A program made the translations under genes and the position numbers. A stretch of 64,000 nt of DNA from Octopus sinensis (taxonomy: Eukaryota). The stretch is taken from positions 91,884,001 to 91,948,000 of the forward strand of contig NC_043000.1 in assembly GCF_006345805.1 (NCBI RefSeq), given 5' to 3'. Within the stretch, counting starts at the first letter, position 1. Each line of letters opens with the position of its first letter. The notes under the pieces are model-generated. The model saw nothing but the letters and a program-made list of their open reading frames with translations. It did not search any database and was not told the DNA's origin. This document shows positions 27,289 to 40,571 of this stretch, one piece after another.

Positions 27289-27343
27289 AAAAGTATATAT
27301 GCTTGTATTCACACACGCGCGCACACACACACACACATACACA

Positions 27344-27388
<45 letters not shown>

Positions 27389-28103
27389 ACACACACACAC
27401 ACCACACACACACATGCTCATGAAGACACAGATAATCAATCATTATGCATATGAAAATCAATTCCGAAGCAAATCAAACCAGATTTCGACAAACTGAGGG
27501 AAGACATAGAAAGGAATCCAACATTCACCAACAAATGCACGCCAAGCGTATATTATAGATTTACAGAAGCACAGTTCAGCTTCTAGAGAATCTACAGTGA
27601 AAACTCCTAAGTGGTCTTGACCATAACCAATTATATTACTAGTAAGAGCTACTCGTATCACATGCCGTTCGGTCATTCTATGCAGGAACTATGTTGCTTT
27701 CAAGCTAAAGTAGATTGTCTTCATGATATGTATGTAGTTAGAGATAGCTGAAGTACGTTGGAAAGAGTTCAGAGTTTAATGTTTACTAAGATTAAAATTA
27801 AAAACTACGGGAAGGTTGTTGCAAGGAGGTCTTCGGAACAGTGGCTTAATGAGATACAAAAAGAAGAAAAAAAAAGGGAGAGTGGTGGTGAACGATAAGG
27901 GAATTTGGTATTTGTTAGTTTTAGTATTTATATTTGCTTTTTTTTATATTTGTGAGTTTTACTTTACTTTCGTTTAGTTCTGTTTGCTTTTGATTATTTG
28001 TTTATTATTGTCTATTTGTTTGAATGTTTATATATAAATATATATATATAGATAGATGCACATATACATATACATGTACATACATATGTGTATGTATATA
28101 TAT

Positions 28104-28173
<70 letters not shown>

Positions 28174-28945
28174 TGGACTCATTCAAGCTGATGCGTACAC
28201 ATTCACATGCACGTACCTATGTATATGTATGTGTGTGCATGTGTGTGTGTGTGTGTAGGCATCGAAAATATGGTGTACTGCAGACTCTTACATCCTATGT
28301 CTACATGGGAATACAAAATCAGAAAACAAAAAAAAAAATCAATTCATGTTAATGAGGATGATGTTCATGGCCACCATGATGATGCAAACGACGATTATGA
28401 ACAGCGACGATAACGAAGATCGTAATGATGATGACGGTAATCAACAACGGCAACGGTGCTGGTGATGATGAAGATGATGATGAAGATGACGTAGATGATG
28501 ATGAGGATGATGATCGATGTGCCTTTGTATGTTTATATCCATGTTTCTGTCAAATTCTCACCCAACAGCGTATGGTTTTAAACACGAAATATTTGTGTTT
28601 ATAAGTGTGTGTATTTGTGCATGAATATATATGTGTGTATGCATATTTATACATTGTATGTAAGTATATCTATGCTAATATACATATGCATTATATCTAT
28701 CTCTTATTCTTCGTTTGAAGATAGAGATAGACAGACAGACAGGCAGATAGATAGATCGATCGATAGATAGATAGATAGATAGATAGTAGATAGATAGATA
28801 GATATAGATAGATAGATAGATAGATATATATAGATAGAGATGATGATAGGTAGATAGATAGATAGATAGATAGATAGATCTAGAAGATGATAGGTAGGTA
28901 GGTAGGTAGGTAGGTAGGTAGGTAGGTAGTGTAGATAGATAGAGA

Positions 28946-28985
<40 letters not shown>

Positions 28986-29012
28986 GTAGGTGGTAGGTAG
29001 GTAGGTAGGTAT

Positions 29013-29106
<94 letters not shown>

Positions 29107-29338
29107 GTAGATATAGCTATACATGTATATATATATGGTGGGAAACCTATAAACATTCAGAGAGAAGTGGCTTTTAAACTTCCTAAACTACAATTTTTCA
29201 CTTGTTTTGTCAGTAAGCAAGAGACTCATTATTCAGTTATTATTGGTTGTGACATGGTTCTTTTTTCCATTTTAAATATATGTTTTTCTTACAAGTATAC
29301 TGTTTTCAGTATTGTTATATGTTATGTATATACAAATG

Positions 29339-29382
<44 letters not shown>

Positions 29383-29386
29383 ATAT

Positions 29387-29426
<40 letters not shown>

Positions 29427-29560
29427 ATATACATACATATATATGTGTGTGTGTATATGTGTATGTATATATGTGTGTATGCATGTATGTATGTATGGAT
29501 ATATATATATATGAATGTATGTATATGTATCTCTCTCTCTCTCTCTCTCTTCTCTGTATG

Positions 29561-29593
<33 letters not shown>

Positions 29594-29829
29594 GGGAGAG
29601 AGGGAGAGAGAGAGAAAGAAAAAGAAAGAAAGAAAGAAAAAAGAAAGTGATAGGGAGGAAGTGAGAGATGTATATGTAGATATATGCACTTTTATTCGTA
29701 CCAGCCAGCAGAATATGCTCGAAATTATCATGCGTGTGTATGTGTATATGTATGTATGTGTGTATGTATGTGTGTATGTATGTATGTATGTATGTATGTA
29801 TGTATGTATGTATGTATGTATGTATGTAT

Positions 29830-31760
29830 GACACCGCTTCTATTCACAAGCACTGGGTAGAACATTTTTCTGCACTTTTGAATAGACCATCATACACTAA
29901 CATGAGGACGATAGAAAAAATCGAACAACTTCCAGTTATAGAATAGATGGCATTTGAACCAACTCTAAATGACATTTATTTAGCTGTGAATAAGCTGAAT
30001 AACAATAAGTCTCCAGGTTCTGATGGAATCTGTGTCTTGAAATATGGTGGTGACAAAATGTTTGAAATCTTAAATATTTTAATTTGTCACTGTTGGAGAA
30101 CTGAGAAAGTGCCTCAAGACTGGATTGATACCATTTTAGTCTCCTTGTATAAATGTGTGGAAATTTTCGTGGGATTTCGCTTTTGTCTGTGGTTGGAAAG
30201 GTACTTGCCCGCATTTTGTTAGAACGTTTAAATACCTTTATAGTTCCAAATATAGTGTTTGAGTCTCAGTGAGGTTTTGGTTCCTCCAGGGGCCAGCTGA
30301 TTGTATATTTACTATCAGACAATTACAAGAAAAGTGTATTGAACAGACTCTTGCTCTGTACCATTGTCTTGTTGATTTGAGCAAAGCATTCGATACTGTT
30401 AATCGAAATGCTCTGTTGCGAATTCTAAGGAAAATAGGATGCTCAGAAAAAATTGTGAACATGATCAGGGCTTTGCATCAAGATATGAAAGCTAGAGTTA
30501 ACTTTGGTGGTAGGCTCTCCGAATCATTTGCCGTGGAAAATGGAGTAAAGCAAGGAGACCTTGATGCGTCAACCTTATTTGCAATATACTTTGCTATTGT
30601 GTTGCCATATGCTTTTCAAAACTCCGAGGAGGGTATTTACATAAAATATTGAACAACAGGGAATGTTTTTAATCTGAGCAGACAGAAATTCAAAACGAAG
30701 GTTTTTACTTTACTCATTAGGGAACTATTATACGCTGACGATTGCGAGCTTGTCAGTCATTCTGAAATAGGTCTGCATTTGACTCAGCTTGTGATAATTT
30801 TGGTTTGATCAAGAACTTGGAAAAAACAACAGTTGTTATGCATCAACCTGCGTGTCGTGCTTATTTGTAACCCCACTAAAATTTTTGTTAAGGGTAAGCT
30901 ACTTGAGGTTGTCGATTCGTTCATCTACCTTGGAAGCTCTGTACAAAATAATGGAAATCTTCATACAGAAATACATCTGCGAATTCAAAGGGCAGCAAAT
31001 GCATTTGGTGGCTTGGAGTCACGCGTTTGGTGTCAGCGACATATAAGTAAGAATACAAAGCTGGCTCTTTACAAATCATTTGTCTTACCATTTCTGTTGT
31101 ATTCTTGTGAAACATGGACTTGTTATGATAGTTATTTTAAATTGTTAGAACATTTCCTCCAAAAATGCCTTTATCGCATTTTAAACATTAAATGGAGTTC
31201 TTTTACTCCAAACACAGATGTCCTTGCATCTGCATGCATCACTTCAAGCTATGATTTTTAGGAACTAAATGAGATGGTGTGACCATATTCTTCGATTGGC
31301 GGATGAACACATGTCGAAACAACTGTCTTATGGTGAGCTTGTAGAGGGGAAACGCTGTCGGCGTAAACCTAAAAAAAGGTTTAAGGACGGCATAAGGACT
31401 TCAATGAAGTCACTTGGAATGGATCCAGAAGACATAGAAACCCTTGCTTCGGATCGAGTTGGATGGCGAACAAAAGTATGGAGTGGAGTGAAAGCATTTG
31501 AAGAGGCCAGGATAACGCATGTAAGACTAAAAAAGAGATCTAAGGAAGAATTAATGATCGAGAAGATGAATGACAATGACCTTTTTGTGTACTCAGTCTG
31601 TGACAAACCATGCCTTTCTTTTGCTGGGCTCAAATCTCATTTGCGAAACCATGGAAAACGAACTTCCGCCAACTATTCGGCCTATGTCTGTGCACACTTT
31701 TCAATGCAGTGTTTACCAGGAGACTCGTTTCTATAAAGACATTGTAATGATACACATGCA
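29830..31760 (+). pseudogene. 5'-truncated RTE-clade (BovB-like) LINE: RT domain and C-terminal C2H2-like finger, several stops and frameshifts
   Basis: NKSPGSDG, VPQDW, IFTIRQLQEKC, VDLSKAFDTVNR, GVKQG, LLYADD (30731-30742), LLYSCETW, GKR..KPKKRFKD, VCDKPCLSFAGLKSH...H. Confidence 0.92.
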
Positions 31761-31849
31761 TGTTAGATTTAGGGAAAAACTGAACACATTATTTCAGGAA
31801 GTAGAACTTAGCATCACTGTAGGTACTAAACTAATTCTTCTCTACTCTA

Positions 31850-32053
31850 GGTACAAGGCTCAAAATTTGGGGGGGGGAGGAGGGCAGTCGATTAATCGAC
31901 CCAGTACGTAACTGGTACTTAATTTATCGACCCCGAAAGGATGAAAGGCAAAGTTGACTTCGGCGGAATTTGAACTCAGAACGTAAAGACAGACGAAATA
32001 CCGCTAAGCATTTCGCCCGGCGTGCTAACGTTTCTGCCAGCCTCGCCGCCTTA
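31850..32053 (-). mobile_element. SINE family B
   Basis: Minus-strand TAAGGCGGCGAGGCTGGCAGAAACGTTAGCACGCCGGGCG head and GCCTTTCATCCTTTCGGGGTCGATAAA core. Confidence 0.9.
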
Positions 32054-32683
32054 AGATACTAAACTTATTTGCCATTAACTTTCTCGATACAACTTGTATA
32101 CAATAATAGTTAATAAAGTTCAATAATAGTTAATAAATAATACAAGGTCAATAATAGTTAGTTTCTTGAGAAACTTGGTTGACAACGCTGGTAAATGGGT
32201 ATAATCGATTACTTCCGATGAGAATGTTTTCATGGAAACAGCTGTGCATTATAACGAGGCGCTAATACATAGCAGCTTCTTTGATATGATTAGATGCGTA
32301 AAAAAGAGTCAGGGTCAACGCACTACGTAGTGCATTGACTTACATAAGAACAGAAATAGAAAGTGGAACATTTTGTGATAGCACCGAATATTCAACCAAG
32401 CAACAAGAACTGATATAGGTAGCGAATTCTTTAGATCGACATTCTCAGTCAAGGCATAAGTATAGAAAGCTATTAAATAGAAAATGTGTTACTCTTAGTC
32501 AGCTTCTATGAATTTTGGTTGTTATATCAGACGTCATAATGCGGTAGTACTGAATGAAAAAGAGTGATGAGGAGCGAACAACAAAGATCATGCAAGGTTA
32601 GAATTTGTGAGAACTGGTCACTAAAATGCAACTCCCCGTCACAATCGATAATATGCAGCAGGGGTAAATTGAAAATATGTATA

Positions 32684-33259
32684 CACAGATATGTAGGAAG
32701 TTAAGAGACACCTTTAATTTTCAAAATTTCTGATCTAAGCGTCTTAATATGTTTTCAGCGGTGTAGAATTTACCATGTATTTATTCTTTTTCTTTCCAGT
32801 GCTATAATATTCATCATTTGCAAAGAGTAACCATGCCACGCACAAAAAACTGAGCACAACTGTCAGATATTCAAAGAGTTTGTATTGTTGGGCAATCTGA
32901 GGCTGGTCTTAGCCAGCGAAAAATTAACGAAAATCCCCAATTTCCTCTTGCACTGTTAATATAATTATAGTGCAATTCAAAAGCCAAGGAAAAGAATCAA
33001 CAGGTTCTCATCCCGGCCGATCTGGGCCCTCGGAAAGGAAGCATCGCTGTTTGAAGAGAATTGCAGAAAACGAATCCCGTTCGAAGGCTTCTGACATTGC
33101 AAATCAGCTAGAAGTTAGTCCAAGAACGTGTGTTACATATCTGCATAAGCTTGAGTATTATGGACGAGCAGCTAGAAGAAAACCTCTCCTTCAATCAATT
33201 AATATCAAATAAAAGATTTTGAAAATTAAAGGTGTCTATTTACTTCCTGCATGGCTGTG
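32684..33259 (+). mobile_element. Internally deleted Tc1-like DNA transposon (HTH region only)
   Basis: Imperfect ~45-bp TIRs CACAG..GGAAGT..AGACACCTTTAATTTTCAAAAT; TA flanks; remnant GLSQRKI..GRSGP..SPRTC..YLHK.EYYGRAARRKPLL. Confidence 0.85.
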
Positions 33260-34311
33260 TATAGACCATTAAAACTGATATTAAAAACTTGATTTTATAA
33301 GCACAAACTTTCATTTGTTAGCTCCGATAAAAAAAAAAAAGTGTTACATTTGTTTCGAAATTTACGTTTCTTGCATGACAGAAGTTCCAATGAATTCAAA
33401 ATTACTTCAATTGTTAACGATGCACAGCTATATAGGAACGGTAGCTTTAAATTAAAAGTGCAAGGTGGCCTTAGAGCGAAAAAAAATTTGAATTTTGGCT
33501 CAAGACAATAACAAATGCAGAACTATCTGCGCTTTATATACATGGAATTACGTTTCGCTTATATGAATACAATCCTCCTTGAATTTCGTCCTAGTTCTGG
33601 GAGAAAAAGCGTTCGCTTTGATAATTTTAATTAATATGAATTTGTATATGTGTGTGTATGCATACGAATGTGTACATACGTCAATATGTGTGTGTAAGAT
33701 ATGCAAATATATTTACGTTGTATATTTATGTATGCATTAATATACGTGTGTATGTTCATATATATGCATATATGTGTGCGAATGTGTATATATATTTATG
33801 TACAGTCATAGGTAAAACACCCACTCACTCCAATGCACACACAGATTGTGTTTAAAAATATTATTTTTAAAATAATACTTTAAAAATATTACGGTAAAAT
33901 ATTATTTAAACAACAACGCAATCTCATGAGGAAAGTTATGACAAAGATTTCGTTTGTATGCAGTTAAAATTGTTGGGACTACGCATAAAAGCCAGAAATG
34001 GAACAAAAAACGTAAGCTTGAAATAGCAGTTTTTGCTTGCGTCGAACTCAAATACAGTTTTTGAAATAACAAAGCAAAGCGTTTTCATCATAACTTTTAT
34101 ATTATAGTTCAGAAAATATATTCAAACAGCAGATATCTCAAAGGATAACGAGGCTCGGATTACAGCTGAATGATCGGCAACGTGTAACATAGTGTACTGG
34201 AATTATAAGCCTTTCATTTACAATATATAAGAAAGAATATTCTATAGTTATGAGTTCTGTAATTTCCCGTTTTTCGATGTGTGTGTGTGTGTGTGTGTGT
34301 CTAAATAAATA

Positions 34312-35374
34312 TTGGGTTGGCAACTAAGTTCCCGCCGTTTTATCAAATTTTGGAATTTATTGCGTTTTTAAATTCTGGAATCTATTTTTTTCGAGAATTA
34401 TATTTTTGAATCATTTTGGAATCTGTTTTGTTTCTTTTTTCTCGTTAATTTTAGTTAATTTTTGTTTATTTTCAGATTATTAAAATGGAATGTTAAGTTA
34501 AGAAAAATGGGCATTTTCGACACCTCATTCTTTTTGCTTTTAATCAAGGTTCTAAGGCCGCAAAAGCTGCTCACGACATTTGTGCTGTGTATGGAGAGGG
34601 TGCCATAGCTGAAAGAACCGCTCGGGATTGGTATGCCAAGTTCAAAAATCGAAATTCTGACTTCAAAACGCACTTCGTTCTGGCCATCCAGTTGAGTTAG
34701 ATGAAGAGTGATTAAACCAACTTCTGCACGAAAATTCTCGTCAAACGACAAGGAAACTGGGAGAGAAAATGGAATGCTCCCAAACTGCTATAGAGAAGCA
34801 TCTTCACTTGATGGGAAAGGTTCAGATGTATGGAGCATGGGTTCGGCATGCTTTAAGTGATAACAACAAAAATCAACGAGCCACAAGAGCCACTGGTTTG
34901 CTTGCTTGTCACCGTTCAACTCATGGGCACAAGCAACGATTTCTTTACTGAATCATTATTAGCGACGAAAAATGGTACCTGTACATCAATATGAAGCAGC
35001 GTAAGGAATGGCTTAGCCCCGGTAAACAAGCGAAACCGCTCGTGAAACAAGATCTTCATTCGCGTAAAACGACGTTGTGCGTATGGTGGGACTGGGAATG
35101 GATTATCCATTACGAATTGCTTGAACAGAACAAAACGGTCAACGCGGAACTCTATGTTCAGCAGATGGAACGACTCAACGCGGCTATTCCAGAGAAAAGA
35201 CCTAATCGGCATCATGGAGTTCTTTTGCTGCACGACAACGCCCGCCCTCATATCGCCAATATCACCAAGAAAGGCATTCAAACGCATGGCTGGGAAGTGC
35301 TGCCACACCCGCCGTACTCTCCTGATTTCGCACCAACGGATTTCCACCGCTTTCGATCTCTTTCAAATGCTATG
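34312..35374 (+). mobile_element. mariner (D,D34D) transposon, disrupted, lacking the 3' TIR
   Basis: TA|TTGGGTTGGCAACTAAG 5' TIR; ATG at 34485; WVRHAL (WVPHEL-like), ISDEKW, LHDNARPH, YSPDFAPTDFH with 34 residues between the last two Asp; stops present. Confidence 0.92.
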
Positions 35375-35392
35375 ATATATTAGCTGATGATA

Positions 35393-35533
35393 TATTTTCG
35401 AACGCAGAGACGCCATTAGAACAGAAGAAACATGGGTTAAAAAAAGCGGAAAAATTTGTTAGCAGTCATTTTTTGTAAGGGAAATTTGCCCGATGTTTCT
35501 GCTGTTCTAATGGCATCATTACGTTCGAAAATA
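35393..35533. mobile_element. Small MITE-like element with ~41-bp inverted arms at the mariner breakpoint
   Basis: TATTTTCGAACG..GCCATTAGAACAG.AGAAACAT versus its reverse complement at 35493-35533. Confidence 0.7.
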
Positions 35534-35542
35534 AATCGTCAT

Positions 35543-35645
35543 CTTATTTCCATCTACCAAATCCACACACAAGGCGTTGGTCGGCCCGAGGCTATAGTAG
35601 AAGACACTTGCCCAAGGTGCCACGCAGTGGGACTGAACCCGGAAC
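35543..35645 (-). mobile_element. SINE family A fragment
   Basis: GGCCCGAGGCTATAGTAGAAGACACTTGCCCAAGGTGCCACGCAGTGGGACTGAACC. Confidence 0.8.
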
Positions 35646-35670
35646 ATTTCGGCGCAAAAAAAACATGTTT

Positions 35671-35742
<72 letters not shown>

Positions 35743-35759
35743 CATGTATATATGCGTGC

Positions 35760-35795
<36 letters not shown>

Positions 35796-36054
35796 ATATA
35801 TATATATGCATCATATATGTTTGTATGTTTGCTTGTGCATGTCTTTGTGTCTGCAGATGTTGAATTATTTTACTTTTTCCTCGAAAGCTTTGAAGATCAT
35901 CTGTACCAGTATGTAATTTTCATTTTCACCACCTAACATTATTTTTAAGACTATATCTATCTATGTAGCTATCTATCTATTTATATATGCTTACATGTGC
36001 ATATACATGTGCACATATATATTCATATATACATACACAGGTACGCACACACAC

Positions 36055-36117
<63 letters not shown>

Positions 36118-36137
36118 TATTATATATATATATATAC

Positions 36138-37130
36138 TTTATAATTAGGGTTCAGCAAATATTGCTTTACCACATACCGAAGTTTAGAAATAGCAGCCAA
36201 AAAACCTTAGCTATTTCTTCTACTTTAGAAAGGGACTCCCAGAAAAAACCAAAATACTTGAAAACAATCCACGCAGGCAAAGGGGAAAGATAACGAAAAT
36301 CAATCGATATTAGGTTACCCATGTACGCGCGTTTCGGAATTAGATCGGTATAAAGAATATAGAATTATACTTTACCTGACCATTTTCTTCATCAGCATCG
36401 GACTTCAACAATATTAAATATTAAAAATATTAAATTCGAAGGCACTGGAAGAATTGAACATATCTCTCCACCTAACGGTATCAGACAGATCATATTCAGT
36501 GTTAGTACCGCCGAATTCAAAATACGAATGAGGTTCATCACCTTCCCTGCCCATCCGCGTGTGTCAAGTAAAATACTACAGAAAAATCTGTAGTTTGTTA
36601 TCAGGGAGAAAATTCTATTATCAATAACAACAAAGGGTAAAATTAATTAATTAAGAAGTAATGAATAATTTCACCAAGTAGAATTCGGCATGAAAAAGGA
36701 CCATTTCACGGTAAACTTAAGTAATACTCTATAATTTGGGTTCAGCAAAGATTTCTGTAGTATTTTACTTGACGATACACGCCGATGGGCAGGGAAGGTG
36801 ATGAACCTCATTCGTATTCAGTACTAACACTGAATATGATCTGTCTGACACCGTTAGGTGGAGAGATATGTTCAATTCTTCCAGTGCCTTCGAATTTAAT
36901 ATTTTTAATATTTAATATTGTTGAAGTCACATGCTGATGAAGAAAAGTAGAAGAAATAGCTAAGGTTTTTTGGTTACTATTTCTAAACTTCGGTATGTGG
37001 TAAAGCAAATCTTTGCTGAAGCCTAATTACAAAGTATTACTTAAGTTTACCGTGAAATGGTCCTTTTTCATGCCGAATTCTACTTGGTGAAATTATTGAT
37101 TACTTCTTAATTAATTAATTTTAACCTTTG
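36138..37130. repeat. Interleaved inverted-repeat mosaic (HHR-bearing repeat plus an inverted, internally deleted second copy)
   Basis: 36141-36226 is inverted at 36948-37029; 36383-36585 is inverted at 36750-36947; 36631-36748 is inverted at 37005-37130. Confidence 0.85.
36321..36398 (-). ncRNA. Type I hammerhead ribozyme motif with extended stem II
   Basis: Minus strand: ATG-CTGATGA-AGAA[~45 nt]TTCC-GAAA-CGCGC-GTA-CAT; palindromic stem III ACGCGCGT; A.C mismatch at 10.1-11.1. Confidence 0.65.
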
Positions 37131-37132
37131 TT

Positions 37133-37235
<103 letters not shown>

Positions 37236-37248
37236 TAGATAGATAGAT

Positions 37249-37310
<62 letters not shown>

Positions 37311-38360
37311 TACAATCTTGTACGCTAGGATTCGATTATGACAGCGTTAGACTTCTACATTATTGGGTTTGCATTTGCGTCTTGTGTATGTTTCATGTTG
37401 ATTATATCTATTGCAAATTAATTGAAAGTAATACTACTATCGAATTACAAGTCTACAATTAGCGTCCAGTGAGCCCATATCACAAACGCCAATCTGATGA
37501 CGCAAAAATTTGACCAACTGCCTGTAAAATATAGGTAGGTATATTTAAATACACATAAATCACAAGCTATAGAAAGAGTAAAACAAGAAACCCAAACCTT
37601 GCAGATCTTGAAAATGATTTGAAATAGCCAAGAAACGTCTGACAAGGACGAGTTTGGAAACATTATTTTTCCAAGGAACTTATAAGTGTCTTCTACAGAG
37701 ATGCATGAAGACTTCACTAAAAATTACACAATCAGAACATAGCCATGTTTGGTGCATACGTACATGAGATACACGTGTGTATATGTGTGAACGTGCGTGT
37801 ATAAATGCATACATATATAGAATATACTTAAATACTTAAATATATACATATATATATGCATTCATATTATACGTGTAAGTATATATATACATAAATATGT
37901 GTATATATATGCATATGTCTGTGCGTATATATATATATTTATGTAAACATATGTGTGTGCGTCTGTGTAAGTGCGTGTGTGTAAGCACACGCGGGCATAA
38001 AAATATGTGCGGCTTGATTGCGAAAAGAGAGTAACAGGTAATAATACAGCATATTAATTCAAGAAAGAAAAGAAAATAACAGCAAAAACAACAACAAAAC
38101 TGAATAAAATATAAACATAAGAGAAATAAAAACATTTTTTTTTTGCTCAAAAAGGCATTATTTTTAATGATACCAATGAATAAACATAATTATGCTGAAA
38201 TTACAGCAAGTACAAACAGATATCTTTGAAACAAATAAACAAATAATGTTTAGAAAAAAAAGGAAACTTTTGTTTTACATTAAACGAAAGAAAGAAAAAA
38301 CGCCAGTTTTATTATTATTAAAAAAATACTTTATTATTATTATTATTATTATTATTGATG

Positions 38361-38425
<65 letters not shown>

Positions 38426-38728
38426 GGTCAGCATAGCATACATGGAATAAATGCGAAAAAAAAAATGGCTTTTGATTTTTTCATGTTAGGATTTTTATCT
38501 TCAAGGAAAATACATTTTAAACAAGAAATCAGATGATTTCTGAATGTCTGAATGTTTTGTTTTTTTAAATAATTACTAGTCGATTCATCATCATCATCGT
38601 CGTCGTTATTTCTTAAAACTATATATTTACATTACGAGTGCATACATACATAGACACACTCATATAGCTCTCTTTCTCTCTCTCACTCTCTCTCAATATG
38701 TAAATATAAATATATATATAGATATTAT

Positions 38729-38801
<73 letters not shown>

Positions 38802-38890
38802 TCATATAAATATATAAATTATAAATAATTTTTAGTTTTATATATATTAAATTTATATATATATATAAATTTATAAATAATTTTTAGTTT

Positions 38891-38953
<63 letters not shown>

Positions 38954-39519
38954 TGTATAAGCATATGTGCATGCGAGTGGGTGTGCGTATGCAATGTTGC
39001 TCACCGAATTTCCGCTTTTCTTTGTATAGTGCTAATTGCGTTTTAATTCATTGTAATATGCTGTTCTTCTAATATCCTTGTGGCAAATAATCAAAATAAC
39101 ACTATTTTCATTACTATGGTCATCATTCATTGTTCTCGTTGTCTTCAACGGTCTTATTGTCAACGATAATGTCGATAATGATGATGGAATGATAGCTAAA
39201 TTATAATCATTATTCTCAGTAATATAAGTCCGAACCTATCCCTTATCGACTTCATCGTCATCGTCATTGTCATCATCGTCGCTGTGGAGGTCATTGTCGT
39301 CACCATCATCAGCATCGCCGTCGTTGTCACCATCTTTCTCCTCGTTGTTATCGCCATTAATGGCGTCGTTGATTTTATCATCGTCCCGGTTGCATAAAAA
39401 GCGAAGATATCCAACGCCGTTCATTTTCTCTCCCACATTACTCTAATACGTTAAATTTTTTACACATTTTGGTGCAGTTGATAGGTAGATTTTACTTTTT
39501 CAACTATTTTTTAATATTG

Positions 39520-39581
<62 letters not shown>

Positions 39582-39878
39582 ACAGAAGGCTAGCAGTTTC
39601 TGTGTAAAATTCCCACTGTTTATGTCTATATATATATATATATATATATTATACACACATATATATATGGGGCTAAATAGCAGTAGCATTTTTCTCTTTC
39701 CTGGGACTCCCACATTAAGTTGGCAACAAACCATCACTGCGCCTGCGATCCCACTATGTCACTGCTGGTGATATCATCAATTTTAAAATTTATCCACAGA
39801 TGATAAGAACAGTACTGATATCTGATTTCAAATCTCAGTATTTGAATGTTTTGCTTATATATATATTAAATATAATAA

Positions 39879-39938
<60 letters not shown>

Positions 39939-39984
39939 CAAGTCAAAAATAGAAAATGCTAAGATGATTTTATAGTGAATCTTT

Positions 39985-40022
39985 CAGTACCGGTTTCCGT
40001 CATTTTGAGACCTTTTCAACTG
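39985..40022 (-). ncRNA. Minimal type I hammerhead (U3-A8 core), stem II base pair mutated
   Basis: CAG-TTGAAAA-GGTC-TCAAAAT-GACG-GAAA-CCG-GTA-CTG; G.G replaces the G10.1-C11.1 pair (position 39998). Confidence 0.7.
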
Positions 40023-40571
40023 TAACGATTAAATAATTAATTTAGAAAAATTTAGAAAAATTAGAAGAAAGGTTTTTTTAAAGGAATACTTCCATAGTAG
40101 TGTTCAGATATAGGTGGCATTCTGTCTTTCTCTGACTCCCTTGTTTGCACTTGTGTATTCGAGGTCGTTGTGAGTTCTTGAGGGGGTGGGAGTGGGAAAA
40201 TCTGGGCTGGTCAGTGGAGACCGGCAGTCGCTGCGTAGGCGTTATACTTAAAGACATTAGTGACAAGGTTAAGGGGTAGAAGGTGGAGAAGCAGAAGAAG
40301 AAGAAGCAGATGACGGTGTTGATGATGATGATGATGAAGAAGAAGAAAGAGAAGGAGAAGATGACGATGATGATGGTGGTGATGACGTTGACGACGATGA
40401 TGATGATAATGATGATGATGAAGAAGAAGAGGAAGAAGAAGAAAAAAAACAGAGAAGGGAGAATATGAATGGGTGAAGATATAGCTGTGATGGGGCGATT
40501 AGTAATGGATTCTATGGAATGTAATATTTGTGTGTGTATATATATTTCTTTTATTCTTAAGTTGAGGTATA

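Noticed and set aside
32211-32250. CCGATGA..GAAACAGCTGTG as an active hammerhead
   Set aside because: GUG at the cleavage site, broken stem II and no stem I; counted only as a decayed motif.
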